Assembly: GCA_964461815.1 (NCBI GenBank)
Contig: CAYWVF010000009.1
Location: forward strand, 17,522 to 81,521
DNA: 64,000 nucleotides
Direction: 5' to 3'
DNA from: an uncultured Oscillospiraceae bacterium
GTDB lineage: Bacteria; Bacillota; Clostridia; Oscillospirales; QAMX01
The position numbers and the translations under genes are program-made. Shown here piece after piece: positions 43,945 through 53,042 of the stretch (positions within the stretch are counted from its first letter, which is position 1; each line of letters begins with the position of its first letter). The notes beneath the pieces are model-generated. The model saw nothing but the letters and a program-made list of their open reading frames with translations, searched no databases and was not told the origin of the DNA.

Positions 43945-44781
43945 ATGAAGGATTTCAAGGTCGCATTACAGCTCTACTCCGTTCGTGACTATATGGAAAA
44001 GGACATGGACGCAACACTTAAGGCAGTTGCCGACATGGGCTATAAATACGTTGAATTCGCAGGCTTTTTCGACAAATCAGCCGAGGAAGTACGTGCAATG
44101 CTCGATAAGTACGGCTTGACAGCAGCCTCCGTACATCAGTCATACATGCCTATCCTCGAGAATCCCGAGTACTGGGTAAACTACCTTAAGACGATAGGCG
44201 TAAAGTACTGCGTAATGCCGTGGATGGGCGCAGAGAAGCATAAGGGCTCGGATAAATTCGAGGAGACGGTAGAGGAATTCAAGAAGGTCGGCAAGCTCCT
44301 CAGCGACAACGGCATAACATTCCTGTATCATAACCATGAGTTCGAGTTCGAGATGGTAGACGGTAAGTATAAGCTCGACTGGCTGTACGAGAGCGTACCG
44401 GCTGAGTACCTCCAGACACAGATCGACACCTGCTGGGTACGCTACGCAGGAGAGGATCCCGTTGCATACCTCAGAAAGTACGCAGGTCGTGCTCCCGTAG
44501 TTCATCTCAAGGACTTCACCTGCAAGGCATTCAATTCAGGTGCAGCATATGCACTCATCGATAATGACGGTAAGGATTCGAAGAAGCCCACACGTGAGGA
44601 TAACGGCTTCTGCTTCCAGCCTCTCGGAATGGGTCTTCAGGATTTCAAGTCTATCCTCGAGGCAGCTGAGGACGCAGGCGCTGAATATGTAGTGGTAGAG
44701 CAGGATGAGTCTATCGGCCGCACATCACTTGAAGCTGTAGAGATCAGCAGAAAATACTTAAAGGATAATTTCGGACTGTAA
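43945..44781 (+). CDS. Xylose-isomerase-like TIM-barrel sugar (phosphate) isomerase/epimerase
   Basis: 278 aa with AP_endonuc_2-type features (YKYVEFAGF, HNHEFEF, VVVEQD). Confidence 0.75.
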   Translation: MKDFKVALQLYSVRDYMEKDMDATLKAVADMGYKYVEFAGFFDKSAEEVRAMLDKYGLTAASVHQSYMPILENPEYWVNYLKTIGVKYCVMPWMGAEKHKGSDKFEETVEEFKKVGKLLSDNGITFLYHNHEFEFEMVDGKYKLDWLYESVPAEYLQTQIDTCWVRYAGEDPVAYLRKYAGRAPVVHLKDFTCKAFNSGAAYALIDNDGKDSKKPTREDNGFCFQPLGMGLQDFKSILEAAEDAGAEYVVVEQDESIGRTSLEAVEISRKYLKDNFGL

Positions 44782-44782
44782 T

Positions 44783-45496
44783 ATGCTGCTATTTTTTGTA
44801 AGACACGGCGACCCTATATATGACCCCGACAGTCTGACAGAGCTTGGTCATCGTCAGGCAGAGGCAGTAGCAAGACGTCTGTCACGATACGGTATAGACC
44901 GTATCTACTCCTCAAGCTCGGTACGTGCAAGACAGACTGCGAAGCCTACGTGTGAGATACTGAAAAAGGATATGACCGTACTCGACTGGTGTCATGAGAA
45001 TTACGCATGGGAGAAGCTCAGCATAACCGTTGACGGCTACCGCACATGGGCAATGCGCCATCCGAAGTACATACGGCTGTTCAACAGTGACGAGGTACGC
45101 AGCCTCGGACTCAAGTGGTATGAGCATCCGGCATTTGCGGACACGATGTTCAAGGAGGGCATGGAGAGTACGCAGCGTGAGACAGATAAGCTTCTGGCAT
45201 CACTCGGCTACGTCCACGATCATGAGCAGCATGTCTACATCCCGAAAGCACCGACAGAGGAGCGTGTGGCACTGTTTGCACATGAGGGCTTCGGCAGCAT
45301 ATTCATGAGCTGCCTGCTCGACATCCCTTATCCTATACTCAGCACTCACACGATGATTTCACATACCAATATGACGGTAGTTGAGTTTCGTGAAACAGAC
45401 GGCATAGTTGTTCCGAATATGCTCACCATGTCAAACGACTCGCACTTATACATGGACGGCTTGCCGACAAACTATCAGAACAGAGTATACTTCTAA
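44783..45496 (+). CDS. Histidine phosphatase (phosphoglycerate mutase-like) family protein
   Basis: N-terminal FVRHGD (RHG) motif and a later AHEGF (His). It starts 1 nt after the isomerase stop. Confidence 0.75.
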   Translation: MLLFFVRHGDPIYDPDSLTELGHRQAEAVARRLSRYGIDRIYSSSSVRARQTAKPTCEILKKDMTVLDWCHENYAWEKLSITVDGYRTWAMRHPKYIRLFNSDEVRSLGLKWYEHPAFADTMFKEGMESTQRETDKLLASLGYVHDHEQHVYIPKAPTEERVALFAHEGFGSIFMSCLLDIPYPILSTHTMISHTNMTVVEFRETDGIVVPNMLTMSNDSHLYMDGLPTNYQNRVYF

Positions 45497-45546
45497 AAAA
45501 TATGGGTACTGCCTCCATCTCGGAGACAGTACCCTTTTATATTAGC

Positions 45547-45867
45547 TCAGTCACGCTTTACAAACGAAGCACACATAGTGTCCTTTGTGCAGCCTGCATT
45601 GCAGCCCTCCACCGTTATCCTTTCGGCGGAGCATACACCGTTGTCATGGTAGAAGCAGCTGTACACCTCGCACAGCACCTGCGTTTCCGGCTCAGCCGAC
45701 TCGTGAGGTACGATGCCAGATGCGAAGCCGTCCTGCTCATAGAATGAGCCGCAGCGAGTTTCGTTGCACCTGCATGCACAGCCGCCCTTCACCTTTATAT
45801 CCTCACGGCAGCAGCCGTTGTTCCTGTTGGATGCACAGGTGCTTACGGTACATTCAAGCTTTGTCAT
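45547..45867 (-). CDS. DUF1540 cysteine-rich protein (two repeats)
   Basis: Two C-x3-C...C-C...C patterns (VSTCASNRNNGCC; VYSCFYHDNGVCS). The family is common in endospore formers. Confidence 0.7.
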   Translation of the reverse strand: MTKLECTVSTCASNRNNGCCREDIKVKGGCACRCNETRCGSFYEQDGFASGIVPHESAEPETQVLCEVYSCFYHDNGVCSAERITVEGCNAGCTKDTMCASFVKRD

Positions 45868-45898
45868 CCTTTTTCTCTCCTTTTTACATATATGAGAT

Positions 45899-45940
45899 AA
45901 AAAATACCGCTGAGAAGTTATTTTCTCAACGGTATTTTTA
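45899..45940. terminator. Terminator hairpin flanked by A- and T-runs
   Basis: AAAAATACCGcTGAGAA...TTCTCAaCGGTATTTTT, downstream of the 45974-48142 gene. Confidence 0.6.
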
Positions 45941-45973
45941 GCTTATACTATGCTTTTAATACATTGCATTTTT

Positions 45974-48142
45974 TTACTGCACCTTGGAAAGGAGCGAATA
46001 TACCATATATGCAGCCTCGGCATATGTCATGCTCTCAGCCTCAACGTCACGGCGAAGCAGCTTCATCGCATTTGCGATAGCTGCATAGCCGAGCTTATCT
46101 GCTGCTATGTCCTCAAGTCCGTCTGACTTGAATATCTCATTGAGCTTAGCCACGTCACCGTATCTGAACGCATCGAGTGCATATACTACAGCATCAATTG
46201 CGGAGATCGGCTTGCCCTTGAGAACGGGAGCTGCATCCGTGACCTTATACTTTAACAGTGCGGAGCAGAAGTCGGAGTACGAAGCTTCACTTACAGGGTA
46301 CGGCTCATAGAAGCGGCGTCTTGCGGTAGCGAGCATGTATATAAGCTCAGTGTCGGTAACGCTGCTGTCGGGAGAAATGTCACCTATGCCATTGTCGTTA
46401 AAGCATACGCCTACGGAATAGAGCTTCTTTACATATTCCTCTGCCCAGTGACCGTCAAGAGCTGAGGTGTCATTGTTCTCGGAGGACGAGTAGGTGTTGA
46501 GGATATCGGAGCTTAAAGCGTCAACGGTCGTATATGTGCCGTCAAGCACGTAGATCAGAGCGTAGGAGAGTACCTTTCCGTGCTCATCGCATATCGGAGA
46601 ATAGCGGAGAGAGAAGCCGTACAGCTCGGTCACGATATTTTTTGCAGCAGCACTGCCGATAGCCTTGCCGACAGACGGGAACTGAGCGGAATCATCCCAG
46701 ACGATGCGGTACTGGCATATCTTACCTGTGTAGCTGTCGAAGCGCATAGTCACATAGTTTCGTGAATATACTACATCCTCATTTACACGCTGATAGGTGA
46801 AGTAGATATAGCGGTTGTCAGCCTTGCTTGCGGCGGTCATAGCGTTATCGCTCGTCGAAAGTTTGAGAGAGATGCGAATATTCTCGCCGACAAGCTCATT
46901 TAGCATCTTTTCAGCCTCGGAAGCAGCCTTATTTCGATAATATTCGATGTTTTTAGGCTCTTCGGCATTGTAATCGTACTTGTTAAAGGAATATATCTCG
47001 CCTGTTTTCGCATCGATCGTGAAATTCGCATATACATCCTCGAGCATAGCGCTTTCTTCATCGTCACGATCGAAGGCCTTTACAAATTCCAGACTCCATA
47101 CGTAGTCGTCACTGCCCTTTCTCATGCTCGAGTCTACGAGAGAGAAGCTGTCGAGCTCGAAGTACTTGTAGCTGCGTACCTTCTTCTCAGCCTCACCTAC
47201 CGTCAGGTAGCCGGAAAGACCGTTTATCGCATCAAGCTCCGCATCGGAGAAGGATACCGAGCCTGCCGCATCTGCCGCTGTTGATGCTTCCATATTGGCC
47301 TTATCATTAGACGAGGAGTAGCCCTGATATTTATACAGCTTCGCGGTCTCACCTGTGAGTGCATTGATATTGACTCTGCCTACATTGTAGACAGGACGGA
47401 TATATTTTTCTCCGCTCTCATCATAGAAGTCGGAGTAAACAAGCTCAGCCTCAGACAGGCTCATGAAAGCTTCACGTGCCTTATCGACACCGATAACGTT
47501 GGCAGAGTCCTCATAGGACACGTCGGAGCGGATCGGCGAAGCGTAGTAGTTTGAGACACGGCCTGTGACACCGTTGACCTCGATACCGATAGATGCATCG
47601 GACACGGGCACATTGTTTTTGTAGCCCTGATATTCAAAGCGGTAATACTCGGAGTAGTCGGACTCGTCACCCTCAACGAGCTTATACGCAGAGTAGCCCG
47701 AGGGCATCAGTCGCCTGAGCATAGAGCCGGCAAGTGATTTAGCCTTGGAGTAGTCTATCGTAGGCAGCCTTTTGTAGTCGGTGGTGATGGTGGAATAGGA
47801 GTCATTATATGAATAGATGAAGCCGTTCTCATCGCATTCGACATAGATGAATCTGTTGCTGCCGTTTTCCTCAAAGCTCCAGTCAAAGGCGAATACAGTA
47901 CCAAGCTCGTTCGAATATGTGTAGTAGTCGAACTCGGCTGTATCGGGTATGCTGATACGGCTCTTGACAGCGGTAAGTGCAGCCTTCATATCGGGAGCCT
48001 TGTTGTCGTCAGATATAGCTACAGTCTCAAGCTCACCGTCCATCGATATCGGTACGACATCGTATTCCGAGGCAGCAAATGCCGGAACAGCAGAGGAAAG
48101 CAGCATTGCAGAGCAGAGCACTGCGGAGATGACCTTTTTCAT
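45974..48142 (-). CDS. Secreted repeat protein with C-terminal SLH-like segment (function unknown)
   Basis: Signal peptide (MKKVISAVLCSAMLLSSAVPAFA), internal PepSY/YcdB-like repeats by impression, and a C-terminal DGHWAEEYVKKLYSVGV segment. Confidence 0.5.
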   Translation of the reverse strand: MKKVISAVLCSAMLLSSAVPAFAASEYDVVPISMDGELETVAISDDNKAPDMKAALTAVKSRISIPDTAEFDYYTYSNELGTVFAFDWSFEENGSNRFIYVECDENGFIYSYNDSYSTITTDYKRLPTIDYSKAKSLAGSMLRRLMPSGYSAYKLVEGDESDYSEYYRFEYQGYKNNVPVSDASIGIEVNGVTGRVSNYYASPIRSDVSYEDSANVIGVDKAREAFMSLSEAELVYSDFYDESGEKYIRPVYNVGRVNINALTGETAKLYKYQGYSSSNDKANMEASTAADAAGSVSFSDAELDAINGLSGYLTVGEAEKKVRSYKYFELDSFSLVDSSMRKGSDDYVWSLEFVKAFDRDDEESAMLEDVYANFTIDAKTGEIYSFNKYDYNAEEPKNIEYYRNKAASEAEKMLNELVGENIRISLKLSTSDNAMTAASKADNRYIYFTYQRVNEDVVYSRNYVTMRFDSYTGKICQYRIVWDDSAQFPSVGKAIGSAAAKNIVTELYGFSLRYSPICDEHGKVLSYALIYVLDGTYTTVDALSSDILNTYSSSENNDTSALDGHWAEEYVKKLYSVGVCFNDNGIGDISPDSSVTDTELIYMLATARRRFYEPYPVSEASYSDFCSALLKYKVTDAAPVLKGKPISAIDAVVYALDAFRYGDVAKLNEIFKSDGLEDIAADKLGYAAIANAMKLLRRDVEAESMTYAEAAYMVYSLLSKVQ

Positions 48143-48502
48143 AGTATTTCTTTCCTTTCATGATTTTATGTTCTGCTTGATTTGACGATGCATGATAAGA
48201 AAAAGTTCCCAAAAAATCGGATGCATTTTATATTTGTACAGCTGTTTTTTTACTTCATTATACAGCTTGACCTCGCCCTCGACCCAGCAGGTGTTGTGAC
48301 CGTTTATCCCAATAGATACGCAGTACATTGGAGCGTCACACACGGGTTGAGCTTTTCACAGTCACTTCCACGTGTACCGCCGTTACGCATACCGGTCGGA
48401 TTTTCGGCAGAATATGCAAAGAATGATCTGTTCTGTAAGGTAAACATATGCTGCATCATTTTTTTCGATCATATATCCTGTGTGCTTTCGGTGCTGCACA
48501 GC

Positions 48503-49246
48503 TTACTTCATCGAAGCCTTAAGAGAGCGTATATACTCACCTACGAACGGGACTGAGGCTTTTCCGTGCTCGGCTGTCAGCTCTGTTATTCCCGTAGTGA
48601 TTATCACACCGTCTACCTTGTCGAGCACAGACCTGAGTACAGCCTCGCTCGGCTTCTCAAGCTCTGCAACGCACGGCACATGAGTGTGCTTCTTAGCTTC
48701 AATTGCGATAGGTGCGATATCTGCTTTTCCGTCGGTGGAGATGTACAGATAGCCATCAGCCTCGGATGCTATCATCGGTATGCGCTGTGCAGAGGTGTGA
48801 GCTGCGACGGAGATCAGCTCGACTCCGTATTTACGGCAGCATGGGAGAAAATCGTCCTTTTCCTCATACGGTACATCGGGCATCATTATGCCGTCAACGG
48901 AAAGCTCGGCACAGGTGGAGATAAAGCGCTCCGTGCCGTAGGAGAATACGACGTTGGGGTATGTTCTGAACGTGATCGGTACGGTCATATCACGGCGAAG
49001 CTCTCTGACCATATCGAATATCTTATCTGTAGTCGTACCTGCTTTGAGAGCACGTATCGCAGCCTCCTGAACTATGGGAACTTCGGCTGTCGGATCGGAG
49101 AACGGAATGCCAAGCTCGATCATATCGGCTCCGCTCTCGGCTGCCTTGCGTACAAGTGCGGCAGTAGTCTCAATGTCGGGATCTCCGCAGGTTATAAATG
49201 CTATAAGTGCTTTGCCGTTGGCAAATGCTTTATTTATATTACTCAT
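48503..49246 (-). CDS. trpA: Tryptophan synthase alpha chain
   Basis: [10 protein letters not shown] and ELGIPFSDP motifs. Its start overlaps the trpB stop (ATGAGTAA). Confidence 0.9.
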   Translation of the reverse strand: MSNINKAFANGKALIAFITCGDPDIETTAALVRKAAESGADMIELGIPFSDPTAEVPIVQEAAIRALKAGTTTDKIFDMVRELRRDMTVPITFRTYPNVVFSYGTERFISTCAELSVDGIMMPDVPYEEKDDFLPCCRKYGVELISVAAHTSAQRIPMIASEADGYLYISTDGKADIAPIAIEAKKHTHVPCVAELEKPSEAVLRSVLDKVDGVIITTGITELTAEHGKASVPFVGEYIRSLKASMK

Positions 49247-50429
49247 GGATGTCCTCTCCTCTGTATCTTGCAATTGCTGCACAGTCCTTATCTCCTCTGC
49301 CGGAAACAGTGACTACGATTATCTTATCCTTATCCATTGTCGGCGCAAGCTTCATCGCATACGCAAGCGCATGAGCCGATTCTATAGCCGGAATGATACC
49401 CTCCGAGCGTGATACAAACTCGAATGCACATACAGCCTCCTCGTCCGTAACAGGTACGTATTCGGCACGACCGATATCATGCAGATATGCATGCTCGGGG
49501 CCTACTCCGGGGTAGTCAAGACCTGCGGAGATCGAGTAAACGGGAGCGATCTGACCGTATTCATCCTGACAGAAGTACGACTTCATGCCGTGGAATATTC
49601 CGAGTCTGCCTGTGTTCACCGTGGCAGCCGTTTCAAAGGTATCTATACCGTGTCCGGCAGCCTCACAGCCTATGAGACGTACCGACTTATCCTCAATAAA
49701 GTGGTAGAACGAGCCCATCGAGTTCGAGCCGCCGCCCACACATGCCATAACTACGTCGGGGAGACGTCCCTCCTTTGCCAGTATTTGAGCCTTAGTCTCC
49801 TTTGAGATGACGGACTGGAAGTCACGAACGATAGTCGGGAACGGATGAGGACCCATGACAGAGCCGAGGCAGTAGTGCGTATCGTCTATTCGGTTAGTCC
49901 ATTCACGCATCGTCTCGGAGACTGCATCCTTGAGTGTCGCAGTGCCGGAGGTGACGGGAACTACCTGTGCGCCGAGAAGACGCATCCTGTAGACGTTGAG
50001 TGCCTGACGCTCGGTGTCCTCCTTGCCCATGAACACGACGCATTCCATGTTCATGAGTGCAGCTGCCGTGGCAGTGGCAACACCGTGCTGACCTGCACCT
50101 GTCTCGGCGATGAGACGTGTCTTACCCATCTTCTTTGCAAGCAGTGCCTGACCGAGAACGTTGTTGATCTTATGTGAGCCGGTGTGGTTGAGATCCTCAC
50201 GCTTGAGATATATCTTAGCTCCGCCGAGATCACGTGAAAGCTTCTCCGCATAGTAGAGTCTTGACGGTCTGCCTGCGTATTCGTTGAAGAGATAGGTGAG
50301 CTCCTCATTGAATTTTGCATCGTTTTTATAAAATTCATAAGCCTTTTCAAGCTCATTTACAGCATTCATAAGCGTTTCCGGGATATACTGACCGCCGTGT
50401 ATTCCGAAGCGTCCCTTCTGGTTTGTCAT
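49239..50429 (-). CDS. trpB: Tryptophan synthase beta chain
   Basis: [12 protein letters not shown]-lysine motif. I prefer the start at 50429 (9-nt spacer after GGAAGGA) over 50438. Confidence 0.95.
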   Translation of the reverse strand: MTNQKGRFGIHGGQYIPETLMNAVNELEKAYEFYKNDAKFNEELTYLFNEYAGRPSRLYYAEKLSRDLGGAKIYLKREDLNHTGSHKINNVLGQALLAKKMGKTRLIAETGAGQHGVATATAAALMNMECVVFMGKEDTERQALNVYRMRLLGAQVVPVTSGTATLKDAVSETMREWTNRIDDTHYCLGSVMGPHPFPTIVRDFQSVISKETKAQILAKEGRLPDVVMACVGGGSNSMGSFYHFIEDKSVRLIGCEAAGHGIDTFETAATVNTGRLGIFHGMKSYFCQDEYGQIAPVYSISAGLDYPGVGPEHAYLHDIGRAEYVPVTDEEAVCAFEFVSRSEGIIPAIESAHALAYAMKLAPTMDKDKIIVVTVSGRGDKDCAAIARYRGEDIHE

Positions 50430-50456
50430 ATGGTTCATTCCTTCCTGAAATTATGC

Positions 50457-50740
50457 AAAATAAAAGTCCTTGACAGAAAATACTCTGTCAAGGACGAATA
50501 TACATTATCCGCGGTGCCACCTTGCTTTGTGATACTCACACTCTTACAGGGATACAAACATACCCCTCGCAACTGACGTATGCATACGTCATGGAATACT
50601 CTGTGCAGCTCAATACACATTTGACCATGCCCTCCGCGGTCCATTTGACGGTTTGTTTTCTGCCCGATTCTCAGCATCACGGACTCTCTGTGAGCTCATC
50701 GCCGCCGTTATCTCCGCATCAACGGTTTGATATTTGATTT
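50457..50740 (-). promoter_or_regulatory. T-box riboswitch leader, Trp (UGG) specifier, with terminator
   Basis: All on the minus strand: AGAGAG, GTGATGCTGAGAA and the specifier AA-UGG-A (50643-50641). The T-box core AAGGTGGCACCGCGG is the complement of 50509-50524. The terminator GTCCTTGACAG...CTGTCAAGGAC (50495-50466) is followed by TTTTATTTT. Confidence 0.85.
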
Positions 50741-50746
50741 GATGCT

Positions 50747-50775
50747 ATTATATCACTCTCATTCGGAAATGTCAA
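50747..50775 (-). promoter_or_regulatory. Promoter of the trpBA T-box leader
   Basis: On the minus strand: TTGACA (50775-50770), 17-nt spacer, TATAAT (50752-50747). Confidence 0.65.
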
Positions 50776-50784
50776 GCGGAAATT

Positions 50785-51867
50785 TTATATTTCAGGCATC
50801 TCCATCGGTATTCCGCCGTTCTGAGCAGACTCATGTGCGAGCAGACCCGGTACAGACATTGCGATACCCATGTCAACATCGAGCGGAGGCTCGGTATCGT
50901 TGATTATGCAATCGACAAAAGCACCCACCATCTTCTTTTCTGCGCCGCCGTGACCCATCCTGCTCTCGCCTGCAAACGCAGTTGTTACGGGGATGTCGAG
51001 CTTATTTGAGAACGTGCCGGGGATATCGGCAAGATTTGCAAGTGAATGAGCATCCGACAAAGGCTTAGATCTGTCTGTCTCGATAGAGCCTCTTGTACCG
51101 TTGAGGCGGTAATTGTGGTCAAAGCCCGTGTACGAGCCGAAGCCGATGAATATCCTTATCACAGCGCCCTTTACCGTCTTTATCAACGCAACACCGTTGT
51201 CGGGCGCAGATTTGTAGGGATTGTATATCTTATCGGGCTCAAAGCCGGTTATCGTCTTAGGACGGTCGTTCATGATATAGAGTAGCGGGCCGAGGCTGTG
51301 TGTTATGTAGTGGATAGCCGGAGTGTACGATCTCCAGTGGTTCGGAGTGTACGGATTCTTTGTGAGGCTCTGAATGTCGGAGGAGTGCAGATACTCGCCC
51401 TCGGCATAGAGCACGTCACCGAAGCGACCCTCCTCGTACATCTTTTTCCACGCTTGAATGAATGCCCAGAAGCAGCAGTTCTCACCTGCCATATATTTCA
51501 GCTCCGGATGAGCCTTTACCGCAGCCTTGAGCTGACGAGCCTCATCTATCGATGCGACTGTAGGTATCTCGCTGAGCACATGCTTGCCTGCCTCAAGTGC
51601 CTTGAGCACGAACGGCACGTGGCGGTTGGCTTCCGTAGCGATGGCAACGGCGTCAATGTCTGTTTTCAGCATCTCGTCGAAGCTTTCAAAGCAGAGATAG
51701 CCGTCAACGCCCTCCTTGTCGAGTCTGTCCTTCGCCTTTCGCATCAGCTCCGGGTTTATATCGCATATCGCACGTATCTGGAGATTCTTGTTGTCGAATG
51801 AGTCACCGATGATGCCCATTCCTCTTCCGAGACCGACAACACCTAATTTTACTATCTTATCCTCCAT
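50785..51867 (-). CDS. Gfo/Idh/MocA family oxidoreductase
   Basis: N-terminal Rossmann motif (KLGVVGLGRGMG), 360 aa. It is divergent from an AraC regulator. Confidence 0.8.
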   Translation of the reverse strand: MEDKIVKLGVVGLGRGMGIIGDSFDNKNLQIRAICDINPELMRKAKDRLDKEGVDGYLCFESFDEMLKTDIDAVAIATEANRHVPFVLKALEAGKHVLSEIPTVASIDEARQLKAAVKAHPELKYMAGENCCFWAFIQAWKKMYEEGRFGDVLYAEGEYLHSSDIQSLTKNPYTPNHWRSYTPAIHYITHSLGPLLYIMNDRPKTITGFEPDKIYNPYKSAPDNGVALIKTVKGAVIRIFIGFGSYTGFDHNYRLNGTRGSIETDRSKPLSDAHSLANLADIPGTFSNKLDIPVTTAFAGESRMGHGGAEKKMVGAFVDCIINDTEPPLDVDMGIAMSVPGLLAHESAQNGGIPMEMPEI

Positions 51868-52020
51868 GATAATATCCTCCTTCCGGTTTCCCTTATGTAT
51901 TTATAATAGCATGCAGTACAGGATTTGCAAATGGAAATTTTCGCTTTTTTTATTGAATATTCCTATGAAATATTGATTTTTGAGCGTATATGTGTAATAA
52001 TAGCAGATGAGGTGAGAGCC

Positions 52021-52860
52021 ATGAGCAGTATATGCAGATTCATGCCGGCGAAAAACTACAGTGGCAGTATAAAAACAATAAATTTCGTCTACGAGTCGGA
52101 GTTCAAGAAGCTGCGGCAGCCGTTTTTCAAGACGACGTTCTTTCTCCACATGGTGGTACGTGGGAATGCAAGGCTGAGAGTGTACGATAACGAATACGAG
52201 CTTCGGTCAGGGTCGCTTTTCTTCATTTTCCCCGGATATCAGTACACGATAGACGGAAGTGACGATTTTGCATATATCTATATAAGCTTTATGGGCTCAT
52301 GTGTCACGGATATGCTAAGTGAGCTTGAGATAGACATGGACAGACCTGTCTACCCCGACTTTGAACACCTTATCGACTTCTGGAGACAGTCGATTCGAAG
52401 AATAAACCAGCTCAATGCGAATATCCTGACCGAGAGCGTGCTTTTGTACACATTATCGTATATAAATAACAAGCAGGAGGATGTGAGCATAAAGAAAAAG
52501 ACGAAAAACCTGTTTGATACGATAGTGGACTATATCGAGGTGCATTACCGTGAGCCGGATATATCGCTAAAGCAGATCGCAGGCATATTCTCATATACCG
52601 AAAAGTACCTGTCGTACATATTCAAGAAGAATATGAACATAGGCTTCAGCAGCTACCTCAACAATCTCAGAATACAGTATGCCGTAGACCTCATAAATCA
52701 GGGCAAAATGTCCGTCACGGAGATCGCAATGCAGTGCGGCTTCAGTGATTCACTGTATTTTTCAAAGGTATTCCGCAAGATCATGGGACGAACGCCCACG
52801 AATTACATAAAGCTGCACGTAGCATCGAGCGTAGATGCGTATAGAAAGCACGAGGGGTAA
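52021..52860 (+). CDS. AraC-family transcriptional regulator (cupin + HTH)
   Basis: C-terminal AraC HTH (GFSDSLYFSKVFRKIMGRTPTNY). The start at 52021 has a GAGGTGA RBS. Confidence 0.8.
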   Translation: MSSICRFMPAKNYSGSIKTINFVYESEFKKLRQPFFKTTFFLHMVVRGNARLRVYDNEYELRSGSLFFIFPGYQYTIDGSDDFAYIYISFMGSCVTDMLSELEIDMDRPVYPDFEHLIDFWRQSIRRINQLNANILTESVLLYTLSYINNKQEDVSIKKKTKNLFDTIVDYIEVHYREPDISLKQIAGIFSYTEKYLSYIFKKNMNIGFSSYLNNLRIQYAVDLINQGKMSVTEIAMQCGFSDSLYFSKVFRKIMGRTPTNYIKLHVASSVDAYRKHEG

Positions 52861-52867
52861 AAAGCAG

Positions 52868-52896
52868 TTGACAAAGACGGTGCAATATGCTATAAT
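52868..52896 (+). promoter_or_regulatory. Consensus sigma-A promoter of the leuA leader
   Basis: TTGACA (52868-52873), 17-nt spacer, TATAAT (52891-52896). Confidence 0.65.
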
Positions 52897-52957
52897 GCCG
52901 ATGAAGAATCAAGCTGCACCATAGCTGTGCCGCAGAGGATCGAGGTCGTGATCTCAG

Positions 52958-53003
52958 CGCTTTTGTCTCTTGAGTAGAATAAAAAGAGATGAGAGCGTTT
53001 TTT
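52958..53003 (+). terminator. Leader (attenuator-type) intrinsic terminator upstream of leuA
   Basis: A 14-bp stem, including 3 G-U pairs, forms between 52958-52971 and 52984-52997. TTTTTT follows at 52998-53003, 40 nt before the leuA start. Confidence 0.6.
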
Positions 53004-53042
53004 GTTATGCATGAACGGCTTCGAGCTTTGGAGGAATATGTG

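Noticed and set aside
52901-52924. Short ORF MKNQAAP in the leuA leader as a classical Leu leader peptide
   Set aside because: It contains no leucine (or Ile/Val) codons, so ribosome-stalling attenuation on Leu codons is not supported. The leader terminator is reported separately.
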